Below, piece by piece: positions 40,110 to 48,931 of a stretch of 64,000 nucleotides of DNA. The notes under the pieces are model-generated. The model ran no database searches and was not told the DNA's origin. It was given only the letters and a program-made list of their open reading frames with translations. A program made the position numbers and the translations under genes. Source of the DNA: Candidatus Latescibacterota bacterium (GTDB lineage: Bacteria > Latescibacterota > UBA2968 > UBA8231). Position 1 is the stretch's first letter; each line of letters opens with the position of its first letter. Location of the stretch: positions 344,639-408,638 of the forward strand of contig CBDCNM010000002.1 of NCBI GenBank assembly GCA_965219385.1. The letters are read 5' to 3'.

Positions 40110-41162
40110 TCAGGCCGCCGGCATCCAGTCCCGGGCGGATACACCGCGTTCTTCCAGGGTTTCCAGCAACCTTTCCCAGGCCGCGTCCGCCAAGGGGATA
40201 CCTGTGTGCAGCCGCTGTTGCCGCAGGCCCCAGCCGCGCTGTCCGGGACAGCGCACCGAGCGTGCGGGATCGAGCGGCTCGATGGTGCTGATCTGCTGCT
40301 GTAGAGCCTGGAGGCGGGAGGTGAAAGCCCCGGTTCCGCCAAAGGCCGCCGGGTCCAGGGCCAGGATGAAAAAGCTGCCGTGATACGGGCCCTCCTTGCG
40401 GGTCACCGGCGGGATCTGCTGGCCGATCGGGCCGTCGGCCAGGCCGCAGCAAAGCGCGTCGACCAGCAGGCCCAGGCCATAGCCGATCGGACCGGCCACG
40501 GGAAGGATCCAGCCGGCCGTCAGATCCTCCAGATCCGTGCTCGGCTGGCCTGCGGGGTCGAGCACATGGCCTGCGGGCAGGCGCCCGCCGAGCTCCTGAG
40601 CCCGGGCTTTCAACTTGGCCCCGGAGTGGCCGGTGGAAAAGTCGAAAACAAGCGGATGATCGCTGCCGGTGGGCAGAGCGTAGGCCATGGGGTTGGTGCC
40701 GTGCAGCCCTTGCCTGCCGCCGTGGGGCGTCACCCGGGGCGCGCAGGCCGTGGCCGCGATGCCGATCAAACCGTGGCGCGCCGCGTGGATGGCGTAGTGG
40801 GAAATGGCCCCGTTGTGGTTGTTGCGGCGGACGACCGCGGCTGCCATGCCGCAGGTCCGGGCTTTTTCCACGGTGTGCTGGGTTGCTTTCATGCTGGCGT
40901 AGAACCCGTCCCCCAGGCAGGCGTCGAGCACTGTGCTCGTCGGAGTCTGTGCTACGACCTCCGGCTCGGCCGCGGGACAGACGCGACCCCCATCCACCAG
41001 GTCCAGGTAGAGGGGCAGGAGCTGGATGCCGTGGCTGTCGATGCCGCGCAGACTGGCTTCGATCAGGGCTTCGATGGCGACTCGGGCGATGTGTTCGGGG
41101 GTTCCCATTCTGGCAAAGACAGCCCGGCACATTGCTCTAGCCCGTTCAACCGGTAGATGCAT
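40110..41162 (-). CDS. Ldh_2-family (malate/L-lactate/L-sulfolactate) oxidoreductase
   Basis: LRGIDSHG, NHNGA, GTNP, DFST. Confidence 0.88.
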   Translation of the reverse strand: MHLPVERARAMCRAVFARMGTPEHIARVAIEALIEASLRGIDSHGIQLLPLYLDLVDGGRVCPAAEPEVVAQTPTSTVLDACLGDGFYASMKATQHTVEKARTCGMAAAVVRRNNHNGAISHYAIHAARHGLIGIAATACAPRVTPHGGRQGLHGTNPMAYALPTGSDHPLVFDFSTGHSGAKLKARAQELGGRLPAGHVLDPAGQPSTDLEDLTAGWILPVAGPIGYGLGLLVDALCCGLADGPIGQQIPPVTRKEGPYHGSFFILALDPAAFGGTGAFTSRLQALQQQISTIEPLDPARSVRCPGQRGWGLRQQRLHTGIPLADAAWERLLETLEERGVSARDWMPAA

Positions 41163-41367
41163 GGGTCAATTTCGATGGCTTGTGGACGAGGATGCACCTT
41201 TGAAGTTAGGGGTTTTTGGTCGTAGCGGCAAACCGCTTTTTCTCGGGCGCTTGATACAGTTTGAAGGATGCTGTATTTTGGGGCTGCCCTAGAGTCTGTT
41301 GGCGGCGCCGTCTCCCCTGCGGACCGGCCGCCTATTCGATCCATCGCCCTTTTCCAGAGGTGCATCC

Positions 41368-42768
41368 ATGCATACCACAGACCTGTGTTTTCTATCCGCT
41401 CTGGAGTTGCGCACCCTGTACCGCAAGCGCCAGGTATCGCCGGTGGAGGCGACCGAGGCCATCCTGAACCGCATCGACCAGTTCAACCCCGATCTCAATG
41501 CCTTTGTCACGGTGACCGCGGACCTGGCCCTGGAGCAGGCCCGCGCCGCCGAGCACCTGTACGGAAAAAACCAACCGGCACCGCCGCTGGCCGGCATCCC
41601 GGTCGCGCTCAAGGATCTGGTCGCCACCAAAGGCATCCGCACCACCCGTGGATCCCTGCTCACCAGGGACTGGGTGCCGGATTTCGACTCCCCTGTCGTC
41701 GAGCGTCTCTACGCGGCGGGCATGGTGCTGCTGGGCAAGACCAACACCCCGGAGCTGGGCTGGAAGGGCGATTCGGGGAACCGCGTCGTGGGACCGACGC
41801 ACAATCCGTGGAAGCACGGTCAAACCGCCGGCGGATCGAGCGGGGGGGCAGGGGCGGCCGTGGCCGCCAGACTGGGGCCTTTGTCCCAGGGAAGCGATGG
41901 GGCCGGTTCGATCCGCATGCCCTCTTCCTTTTGCGGCATCTTCGGCCACAAGCCCTCGTTCGGCCTCATCGCCCAGTATCCCGCCAGTGCGGTGCCATGG
42001 ATTTCGCACCTGGGACCCATGGCGCGGACGGTGCGGGATGCAGCCCTTTTGCTGAATGTAATGGCGGGCGCCGATCCGACCGATGCCCTCACCTTCGACA
42101 CCGGGATCGACTACCTGGCGGCCATGGAGGGTTCTATTGAGGGGCTGCGGGTGGCCTGGACCTCCGATCTGGGTTATGCCCCCGTGGATCCGGAGGTGCT
42201 CCGTATAGTCTCCTCGGCGGCAGCGCGCTTTGCCGGGCTGGGCTGCCATGTCGAGGAAGCCCAGCCCGGCCTGTCCGATCCGTGGGAGGACATCGCCCAT
42301 GTGCTCTGGTCCACCGCCTTCGCCGGCATCCACCTCGCGGACCTGGACCAGGTCCGCGACCGCATCGACCCGGGCCTGGTCCAGGTGATGGAGCAGGGAA
42401 AACAATTTTCCGGCCCGGAGCTGGCCGCGGCCCACATCCGGCGCAACAACTACTACCACAGCTGGCGCGAGTTCATGCAGGGCTACGATCTGCTGCTCAC
42501 GCCCACGGTCCCGGTGACCGCCTTCGCCGCCGGCGACGATCACCCCGGACAGATCAATGGCCAGCCGACCACCTATCTGGGCTGGACCGCCTTCACCTAT
42601 CCATTCAATCTCACGGGCCAGCCGGCCGCCACCGTGCCCTGCGGTTTTGCCGAGAACGGCCTGCCAGTGGGCTTGCAGATCGTCGGCCGCTGGCGCGACG
42701 ACGTGACCGTCCTGCGCGCTGCAGCCGCCTTTGAAGAACTGGCGCCCTGGGCGGACGTGTGCCCCTAA
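41368..42768 (+). CDS. Amidase-signature family amidase
   Basis: LKDL, GKTNTPE, GGSSGG, GSDGAGSIR. Confidence 0.92.
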   Translation: MHTTDLCFLSALELRTLYRKRQVSPVEATEAILNRIDQFNPDLNAFVTVTADLALEQARAAEHLYGKNQPAPPLAGIPVALKDLVATKGIRTTRGSLLTRDWVPDFDSPVVERLYAAGMVLLGKTNTPELGWKGDSGNRVVGPTHNPWKHGQTAGGSSGGAGAAVAARLGPLSQGSDGAGSIRMPSSFCGIFGHKPSFGLIAQYPASAVPWISHLGPMARTVRDAALLLNVMAGADPTDALTFDTGIDYLAAMEGSIEGLRVAWTSDLGYAPVDPEVLRIVSSAAARFAGLGCHVEEAQPGLSDPWEDIAHVLWSTAFAGIHLADLDQVRDRIDPGLVQVMEQGKQFSGPELAAAHIRRNNYYHSWREFMQGYDLLLTPTVPVTAFAAGDDHPGQINGQPTTYLGWTAFTYPFNLTGQPAATVPCGFAENGLPVGLQIVGRWRDDVTVLRAAAAFEELAPWADVCP

Positions 42769-42789
42769 CAGACGAGAGGAGAAGGTTGC

Positions 42790-43683
42790 TTATTTGCCAG
42801 GAGCGATGGCGATGTCGTAGGCGTAGCGCCAGTCTTCGAGGTGGTTGAGCAGGACGCCGTTGCCAATGGAGCGGTCGCAGCCTGTAAGATCGTGGATGCC
42901 CGTGCGTTTGGGTTCGGGGTGCTCCCGGTTGAGCAGGAAGCTCTGAAAGGCGTCGACCTTTGCGCGATCAATTGCTCCGATCCGGTCCCTCACCCAGGAC
43001 TCGAAGTCCATGTAGGTGGGCAGATGCTCGCGGACATGGGCCAGGGTCTCCTCGCGATCCAGGCCGAGCGCCTCGAGGACGCCTTTGTCCAGTCCGTCCC
43101 CACAGGCGGGGTAGTCGCTGTTGAGCAGCCCCTTTGCTTCGAGGAGGACCTTGTACCAGGTGCGCGGGAGTTGACAGACGTCGAGCGGGCCCACGTCGAG
43201 ACTACTGACGAGGGGTGGGATCCCGGAGGGAACATCGCAACGGTCCGCACCGTAGTCATTGGCATGAAAGAGATGCCAATCCTGTAGCGCATTGAGAAGA
43301 AGGGCAGAGGTGTAGGTATCTACATCGGGATCGAAACCGATGTCCGCGTAGGTTTCCGCGATCTTGTGCGGACGAGCGTGACGACGATAGCGGACGATTT
43401 CGTTGAATCTCGCTACCTGGGCAGTGGGCCATTGTCCGTTCTTTTTGTCCACTACCCAGCGTTCGAAGGTCACGTAGTCCGGCAACTCGGCACGCAGGTA
43501 CTCATACGTCTCAGCGATGTCCAGTTCGAGGGCTTGAAGGCACCAGGTGTCCAGGCCATCGCTTCGGTCCGGGTACGCAGGGTCGAGGAGATCGACTGCT
43601 CGTGTCAGGGTCTTCCACCAGGTGCGCGGGAGTTGACAGACGCCGATGCTGCCTTTGCATATGCTACTGATCAGGGGGACCAT
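42790..43683 (-). CDS. Hypothetical protein made of two tandem DUF5069-like domains
   Basis: Internal repeat PLxSS..G..VCQLPRTW.K..L...YP....GLD...L.AL.LD ... LLN.L.DW. Confidence 0.7.
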   Translation of the reverse strand: MVPLISSICKGSIGVCQLPRTWWKTLTRAVDLLDPAYPDRSDGLDTWCLQALELDIAETYEYLRAELPDYVTFERWVVDKKNGQWPTAQVARFNEIVRYRRHARPHKIAETYADIGFDPDVDTYTSALLLNALQDWHLFHANDYGADRCDVPSGIPPLVSSLDVGPLDVCQLPRTWYKVLLEAKGLLNSDYPACGDGLDKGVLEALGLDREETLAHVREHLPTYMDFESWVRDRIGAIDRAKVDAFQSFLLNREHPEPKRTGIHDLTGCDRSIGNGVLLNHLEDWRYAYDIAIAPGK

Positions 43684-43904
43684 TTCGATTCCTTTCGTCC
43701 TCCATAGAATAAGTCCATGCTCATTTCATATTCCTCCACCGGGGGTAAGATATGAAAACGCAACGGTATTATCAAAATCATCGCAATGGAACAAATATAT
43801 CCTCCGCAAGCAGCCCGGAAGATTCTCGAGGCCTGGCCTTGTCCATGGTAAGGGCAGAGCTTATATTAACCACTCATACAAGACCGAACTCTACTCAACC
43901 GCGT

Positions 43905-43982
43905 GGTGGGTGTAGCTCAGTTGGTTAGAGCACCTGGTTGTGGCCCAGGAGGCCGCGGGTTCAAATCCCGTCACTCACCCCA
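43905..43982 (+). tRNA. tRNA-His (GTG)
   Basis: Cloverleaf with G-1, anticodon loop TTGTGGC, TTCAAAT T-loop, encoded CCA; upstream TTGTCC-17-TATATT. Confidence 0.97.
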
Positions 43983-43988
43983 TATTCA

Positions 43989-44032
43989 AAGATGGCCTCC
44001 TGTGGCGCGCAAAAGCCACAGGAGGCCATCTT
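43989..44032 (+). terminator. Hairpin after tRNA-His
   Basis: aagatggcctcctgtggc / gccacaggaggccatctt perfect IR. Confidence 0.65.
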
Positions 44033-44049
44033 ATTACCACCCGGCCCCA

Positions 44050-44535
44050 ATGGAAGACTACCCGTCCATCGTCTCCCGCACGGCCCTGAGCCAAATCCGC
44101 CAGCGCCTGCGCCAGGAGGGCAAAAAAGTGGTGTTCACCAACGGCTGCTTTGACCTGATGCACCGCGGCCACGTCGAATACCTGCGCGAAGCCCGCCGGC
44201 TCGGCGACGTGCTGATAGTCGGCCTCAACAGCGATGCCAGCGTGCGGGCCCTCAAAGGATTGGACCGCCCCTTCCTGCCCCAGGAGGACCGGGCCATCAT
44301 GCTCGCCGAACTGCGCTCGGTCTCCTATGTGTGCCTCTTCGACGAGCCCAGCGTCGAAGCTCTGGTAGCGGAACTGCTCCCCGATATCCTGACCAAAGGC
44401 GGGGACTACCGGCCCGAGGAGATCGTCGGCCGCGAAATCGTCGAACGGGCCGGCGGTCAGGTCCGCTCCTTGACCCTGTTGCCCCAGTGCTCGACCTCGA
44501 CCTTGATCGACAAAATCAAAGATCTGCAAGAGTGA
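44050..44535 (+). CDS. rfaE2: D-glycero-beta-D-manno-heptose 1-phosphate adenylyltransferase
   Basis: VFTNGCFDLMHRGH, GLNSDASV, KGGDY. Confidence 0.92.
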   Translation: MEDYPSIVSRTALSQIRQRLRQEGKKVVFTNGCFDLMHRGHVEYLREARRLGDVLIVGLNSDASVRALKGLDRPFLPQEDRAIMLAELRSVSYVCLFDEPSVEALVAELLPDILTKGGDYRPEEIVGREIVERAGGQVRSLTLLPQCSTSTLIDKIKDLQE

Positions 44536-44780
44536 CCCGGGACTCCCCTCAAAGCAGCGCCGCGGAACTGGATATGGAGGCCGTGGAACTGCTCTGAGAA
44601 GCCTTTTTAAGATTCCTGACGCGCCCCGAGCCCGGGGGAAATCCAAATAGATGTCTGGTCCCACCCAAAAAGGATGCTTATATTTTGAGTTTCAAGTAGG
44701 GATCTTTCCGCGTCCGTGGATCGTCTCCTTCTAAGAAGCCCATTCGGCGCGGTCCACGTTCTCAACCGGAGAAGAGCATT

Positions 44781-45455
44781 ATGACCGGGCACAACCACAG
44801 AATCCTATCGAGCCTTCTACTCCTCCTGGGGCTGACGGCCTGCGCCACCACCGGTTCGCAGACGGCCGAGCGCATGGACCAGCAGGAAGCGGAGAACCGC
44901 GAGGAGCTGGAAAACCTGAAGCGGGCGGTGGACGCCTCCTACGAGCGCGAAAGCGCCATGGCCGAGCGCCTGCGCACCCTGGAGGAGCTGCGCCAGGAGA
45001 TGATCGCCTTGAAGCGGCAGCTCGAGGGTATGGAAGAGGTGGAGCCGGCAAAGACGCCGGTTTTTTCCAGCACGAGTTTCGATGTGCGCAGTAGGTACAA
45101 GACCGCCCTCAGAAACTACAAAAATCGCCGTTACGACAAGGCCCTGGGCCAGTTCGCCGAGATTCTCAACAGGGCCCCTTACAACGACCTTGCGGACAAC
45201 GCCCAGTACTGGATAGGCGAGTGTTATTACGGGATGGGCAAGTACAACCAGGCCCTGACCGAATTCACCAAGGTCTTTGCCTATGCCAAGACCGGCAAGG
45301 CCGACGATGCCCAATTCAAGATCGCCCGCTGCTACATGAACCTGGGCAAAAAGGAAAAGGCGCTGATGGCCTTCCAGAAGCTGCTGGACGAATACCCCGA
45401 AAGCGAATACCTCAGCAAGGGCCTTAAAGAAATGGAATTTCTGCAGGGCCCCTGA
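44781..45455 (+). CDS. cpoB: Tol-Pal-associated TPR lipoprotein CpoB/YbgF-like
   Basis: Lipobox LTAC, coiled coil, LADNAQYWIGECYY, KADDAQFK, YPES. Confidence 0.75.
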   Translation: MTGHNHRILSSLLLLLGLTACATTGSQTAERMDQQEAENREELENLKRAVDASYERESAMAERLRTLEELRQEMIALKRQLEGMEEVEPAKTPVFSSTSFDVRSRYKTALRNYKNRRYDKALGQFAEILNRAPYNDLADNAQYWIGECYYGMGKYNQALTEFTKVFAYAKTGKADDAQFKIARCYMNLGKKEKALMAFQKLLDEYPESEYLSKGLKEMEFLQGP

Positions 45456-45486
45456 CCCGTTTGCGACCCTTTGCGAGGATACTCGA

Positions 45487-46122
45487 TTGAAACCCAGTCT
45501 TGGAAGGCTTCTTAAATCGTTTTTGCTTGTTGTCGTCCTGTTGCATGCGGGCACGGCCCGTGCTTCCGCATCCCTGCCCACCAACATGGACATGGTGGTA
45601 GCGACCATCGAGGAGGCCGCCGACCGGGCCCTGGCGGCCATGGAGACCCCGGGAGACCCGGCCACCTGGGAGAGCCCTGTGCTGATCAGGGCCCAGGCCG
45701 AGCACGATGCCAACTGGCTGGTGGACCACATCCTGGCGGAGCGCCTGCTGGCCCGTGGTTTTGAAGTGTCCCTGGACACTACCCTGGTGCAGCAAAAGGA
45801 CATCCAGCTCTCCTACCGGGTTATCGATCTGGGCATCCGGGGCACGACCGGCCTGCTCAGCGACAAGCTCCAGCGCCAGAGCCACCTCACCCTTTCCCTG
45901 CGGCTGACGCAAACAGGGGACGAGACCCTGTACTGGCAGACCGAGGAAACCGTGTTTCAAAGCAACCACGCCCCCAAAGCAAAGCTGGACTTCCTGCAGA
46001 CTACCCCCTTCAAGTTCGCCGAGACCAACCTGGAGGAAAAGAGCTGGGGCAAATTCGTCGAGCCCATCATCGTCTCCGCGGTTCTGGGAGGGCTGGTCTC
46101 CCTCTTTTTCTCCAACCGCTGA
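45487..46122 (+). CDS. Exported hypothetical protein with C-terminal hydrophobic anchor
   Basis: Signal peptide; ends EPIIVSAVLGGLVSLFFSNR; operonic spacing. Confidence 0.75.
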   Translation: MKPSLGRLLKSFLLVVVLLHAGTARASASLPTNMDMVVATIEEAADRALAAMETPGDPATWESPVLIRAQAEHDANWLVDHILAERLLARGFEVSLDTTLVQQKDIQLSYRVIDLGIRGTTGLLSDKLQRQSHLTLSLRLTQTGDETLYWQTEETVFQSNHAPKAKLDFLQTTPFKFAETNLEEKSWGKFVEPIIVSAVLGGLVSLFFSNR

Positions 46123-46128
46123 ACCAAT

Positions 46129-46884
46129 ATGAAACCTTTATTATTCTTTCTGCAAGCAGGGCTGGTGGTTCTCCTGTGGGGATGCAGTTCCACCGTGCCT
46201 ACCCTGAAAAAGGCCGAGTATTATTACGAGCGTGGCATGGAGGCCCTGGAGAAGAAACGCTGCCTGAAGGCCATAGAGGAATTTCAGCGCGTCGTCACCA
46301 CCTTCCCGGGCTCCTTCCTGGTCCCCGATGCCCAGTTCCATCTGGCCGAAGCCCATTACTGCAACAAGGATTACGTGCAGGCGGTCTTTGAATACGAGCG
46401 TCTCTTGAATACCTATCCTACCAGCAAGTGGGTAGACGATGCCCAGTTCCAGATCGCCGAGGCTTATTACAATCAGCTGCGCCGCGCCGAACTCGACCAG
46501 CAAGAGACCCTCGAATCCCTCACCCACTTCCGCCGCTTCATCGACGAAAACCCGGATAGCCCCCTGGTCGAGGTGGCGCGCCAGCGGATTGTCGAGTGTC
46601 GCGGCCGGTTGGCCAAGAAACGCTACCTGGCCGGCCGTCTCTACCAGAATCAGGGCTACCTCGAATCCGCCCTCATCACCTACAGGGATGTTCTGCGCGA
46701 GTTTCCGGATACCCCCTGGTACTACGAGACCCTGCTGAGTATGGGAGATATCTCCCACAAGCAGAAAAAGCCCATGAAGGCCCGCGCCTACTGGATGGAG
46801 GCGCACCGCGACAGCGCCGACGAGAAGCTCAAAAAGAAGGCCGGCAAGCTGCTGGAAAAGCTGAAGGAGTTCCGGGAGGACTGA
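46129..46884 (+). CDS. bamD: Outer membrane protein assembly factor BamD
   Basis: Lipobox LWGC, TPRs, LDQQET, RLAKKRY..GRLY, YRDVL.EFPDT. Confidence 0.85.
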   Translation: MKPLLFFLQAGLVVLLWGCSSTVPTLKKAEYYYERGMEALEKKRCLKAIEEFQRVVTTFPGSFLVPDAQFHLAEAHYCNKDYVQAVFEYERLLNTYPTSKWVDDAQFQIAEAYYNQLRRAELDQQETLESLTHFRRFIDENPDSPLVEVARQRIVECRGRLAKKRYLAGRLYQNQGYLESALITYRDVLREFPDTPWYYETLLSMGDISHKQKKPMKARAYWMEAHRDSADEKLKKKAGKLLEKLKEFRED

Positions 46885-46888
46885 AGTC

Positions 46889-47488
46889 ATGCAGCGCCTG
46901 GGCGTTCTGGGGGGCACCTTCGATCCAATTCACATCGGCCACGTCTTACTGGCGCAGTCCGTCCAGGAGCAGATTCCCCTGGATGCCGTGCTCTTTGTTC
47001 CGGCGGCGGATCCGCCCCACAAGGAGGCGGCCCTGCCGCTGGCCCCCGCCGCGGACCGCTGGGCCATGGTGGAGCGGGCGCTCGAAGGGTTCCCCGGATT
47101 TCAGACTTCGCGCATCGAACTGGATCGACCGGGCAAGTCCTATACCTTCGACACCCTCCGGTTGCTCCGCGCTTCCCATGCGGAAAGCAGCCTCTACCTG
47201 ATCATCGGCGCCGACAATGTGGTCCAGCTCTCGACCTGGTACAAACCCCGGGGCATCCTGGACCTGTGCACTGTGGTGGCCGGCTCCCGCATCACCGGAG
47301 AGATGGAGGCCGATCCCGACTTGCAGGCCCGGCTGGTCCAGGTGGACACGCCCCTGATCCAGTTTTCCTCCACCCAGATCCGCCAGCGTCTCGAAGAGGG
47401 CCGTTCCATCCGCTACATGGTTCCTGAAAAGGTCGAGGCCTACATCCAAGAGAAAGGTCTGTACAAAGTTCCATGCCATCCTTCCTGA
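46889..47488 (+). CDS. nadD: Nicotinate-nucleotide adenylyltransferase
   Basis: GGTFDPIHIGH, PPHK, SYT.DT, IIGAD, SSTQIR. Confidence 0.95.
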   Translation: MQRLGVLGGTFDPIHIGHVLLAQSVQEQIPLDAVLFVPAADPPHKEAALPLAPAADRWAMVERALEGFPGFQTSRIELDRPGKSYTFDTLRLLRASHAESSLYLIIGADNVVQLSTWYKPRGILDLCTVVAGSRITGEMEADPDLQARLVQVDTPLIQFSSTQIRQRLEEGRSIRYMVPEKVEAYIQEKGLYKVPCHPS

Positions 47489-48645
47489 CCCACCTGGAAT
47501 GCGCCCGCACCGGCGAACGCTACGCCCCCCACCAGCTGCACAACCTCTCCCCAGCGGGGGCCCCTCTGCTGGCGCGCTACGACCTGGAGGCTGTCGCCGC
47601 CGCCCTGAAAAAGCAGGATCTTCTGGGGCGCCGGCCGGACATGTGGCGTTACCTGGAGGTGCTGCCGGTGTCCGGCGAAGACGAGATCGTGTCCCTGGGC
47701 GAGGGCTATACCCCGCTGCACCGGGCCGAGCGTCTGGGCGCTGCCGCCGGTTTTTCGCAGCTGTACATCAAGGACGAGTCCTCCAACCCCACCGGCTCCT
47801 TCAAGGCCCGGGGCCTGTCCGCCGCGGTCACCGCGGCCCGCGCCCGGGGGGCCGGCAAGCTGGCCATTCCCACCGCCGGCAACGCCGGAGGTGCCCTTGC
47901 GGCCTACGCTGCCGCGGCCGGGCTCGAGGCCTATGTCTTCATGCCGCGGGACACCCCCATCGCCTTCCAGATCGAATGCCGCTCCTGCGGCGCTCGGGTG
48001 GAACTGGTGGACGGTCTGATCGGCGACTGCGGTCGGATCGTGGCCGCACGCAAGGAGGCCGAGGGCTGGTTTGATATATCCACCCTCAAGGAGCCCTACC
48101 GAATCGAGGGCAAGAAAACCATGGGCTACGAACTTGCCGAGTACTTCGACTGGACGCTACCCGAGGTGATCCTCTACCCCACAGGGGGCGGCACCGGCCT
48201 GATCGGGATGTGGAAGGCCTTCGACGAAATGGAGAAAATGGGCTGGATAAGAGGCGCCAAGCCGCGCATGGTCTCGGTCCAGGCCGCAGACTGCGCCCCG
48301 ATCGTCCGCGCCTTCGAGCAGGGCGACGAGAGCGCCGAGATGTGGCAGGACGCCCGCACCGTGGCCTCGGGCCTGCGGGTCCCCGGCGCCGTGGGCGACT
48401 TCCTCATGCTGCAGGCTTTGCGCCAGAGCGGGGGTACGGCCGTGGCCGTGTCGGACGAGGAGTTGATTGAGGCTTCGCACCGGCTCGCCCTCCACACCGG
48501 CATCTTCCCCGCCCCCGAGGGAGGCGCCACCCTGGCGGCCCTGGACAAGCTCAGGGAGCGGGGACTGGTCGGGGCCGATGAGCGAGTGGTGTTGTTCAAC
48601 ACCGGCACGGGGTATAAATACCTGGAAATCCTGGAGCAGAGGTAA
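47473..48645 (+). CDS. thrC: Threonine synthase
   Basis: SLGEGYTPL, NPTGSFKARG, TAGNAG, EPYRIEGKKT, YPTGGG. Confidence 0.88.
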   Translation: MPSFLTHLECARTGERYAPHQLHNLSPAGAPLLARYDLEAVAAALKKQDLLGRRPDMWRYLEVLPVSGEDEIVSLGEGYTPLHRAERLGAAAGFSQLYIKDESSNPTGSFKARGLSAAVTAARARGAGKLAIPTAGNAGGALAAYAAAAGLEAYVFMPRDTPIAFQIECRSCGARVELVDGLIGDCGRIVAARKEAEGWFDISTLKEPYRIEGKKTMGYELAEYFDWTLPEVILYPTGGGTGLIGMWKAFDEMEKMGWIRGAKPRMVSVQAADCAPIVRAFEQGDESAEMWQDARTVASGLRVPGAVGDFLMLQALRQSGGTAVAVSDEELIEASHRLALHTGIFPAPEGGATLAALDKLRERGLVGADERVVLFNTGTGYKYLEILEQR

Positions 48646-48704
48646 GGAGTGTAGTCTTGACGAAAATCGCGCAACGGCTATCTTATAACACCTGGAAATG
48701 ATCT

Positions 48705-48781
48705 GCACCTATAGCTCAACTGGATAGAGCACCTGACTACGGATCAGGAGGTTGAGGGTTCGAATCCTTCTGGGTGCACCA
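48705..48781 (+). tRNA. tRNA-Arg (ACG)
   Basis: Cloverleaf, anticodon loop CTACGGA, TTCGAAT, encoded CCA; upstream TTGACG..TATCTT. Confidence 0.97.
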
Positions 48782-48785
48782 GTAA

Positions 48786-48827
48786 CAACAACGGGTTGCG
48801 TCGCGATTGACGCAACCCGTTGTTGTT
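48786..48827 (+). terminator. Hairpin terminator after tRNA-Arg
   Basis: caacaacgggttgcgtc / gacgcaacccgttgttg IR. Confidence 0.75.
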
Positions 48828-48931
48828 GGGGTGTGGGGGGATCATCCCTATGCTGGAGATTAATCCGTTGGATAGGCGAACCTACGGATTTAGATGAACA
48901 CGTATTCCTAGGAGAAAAATAGGAGAAAAAT

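Noticed and set aside
43903..44049. N-terminal extension of rfaE2
   Set aside because: Overlaps tRNA-His and its hairpin
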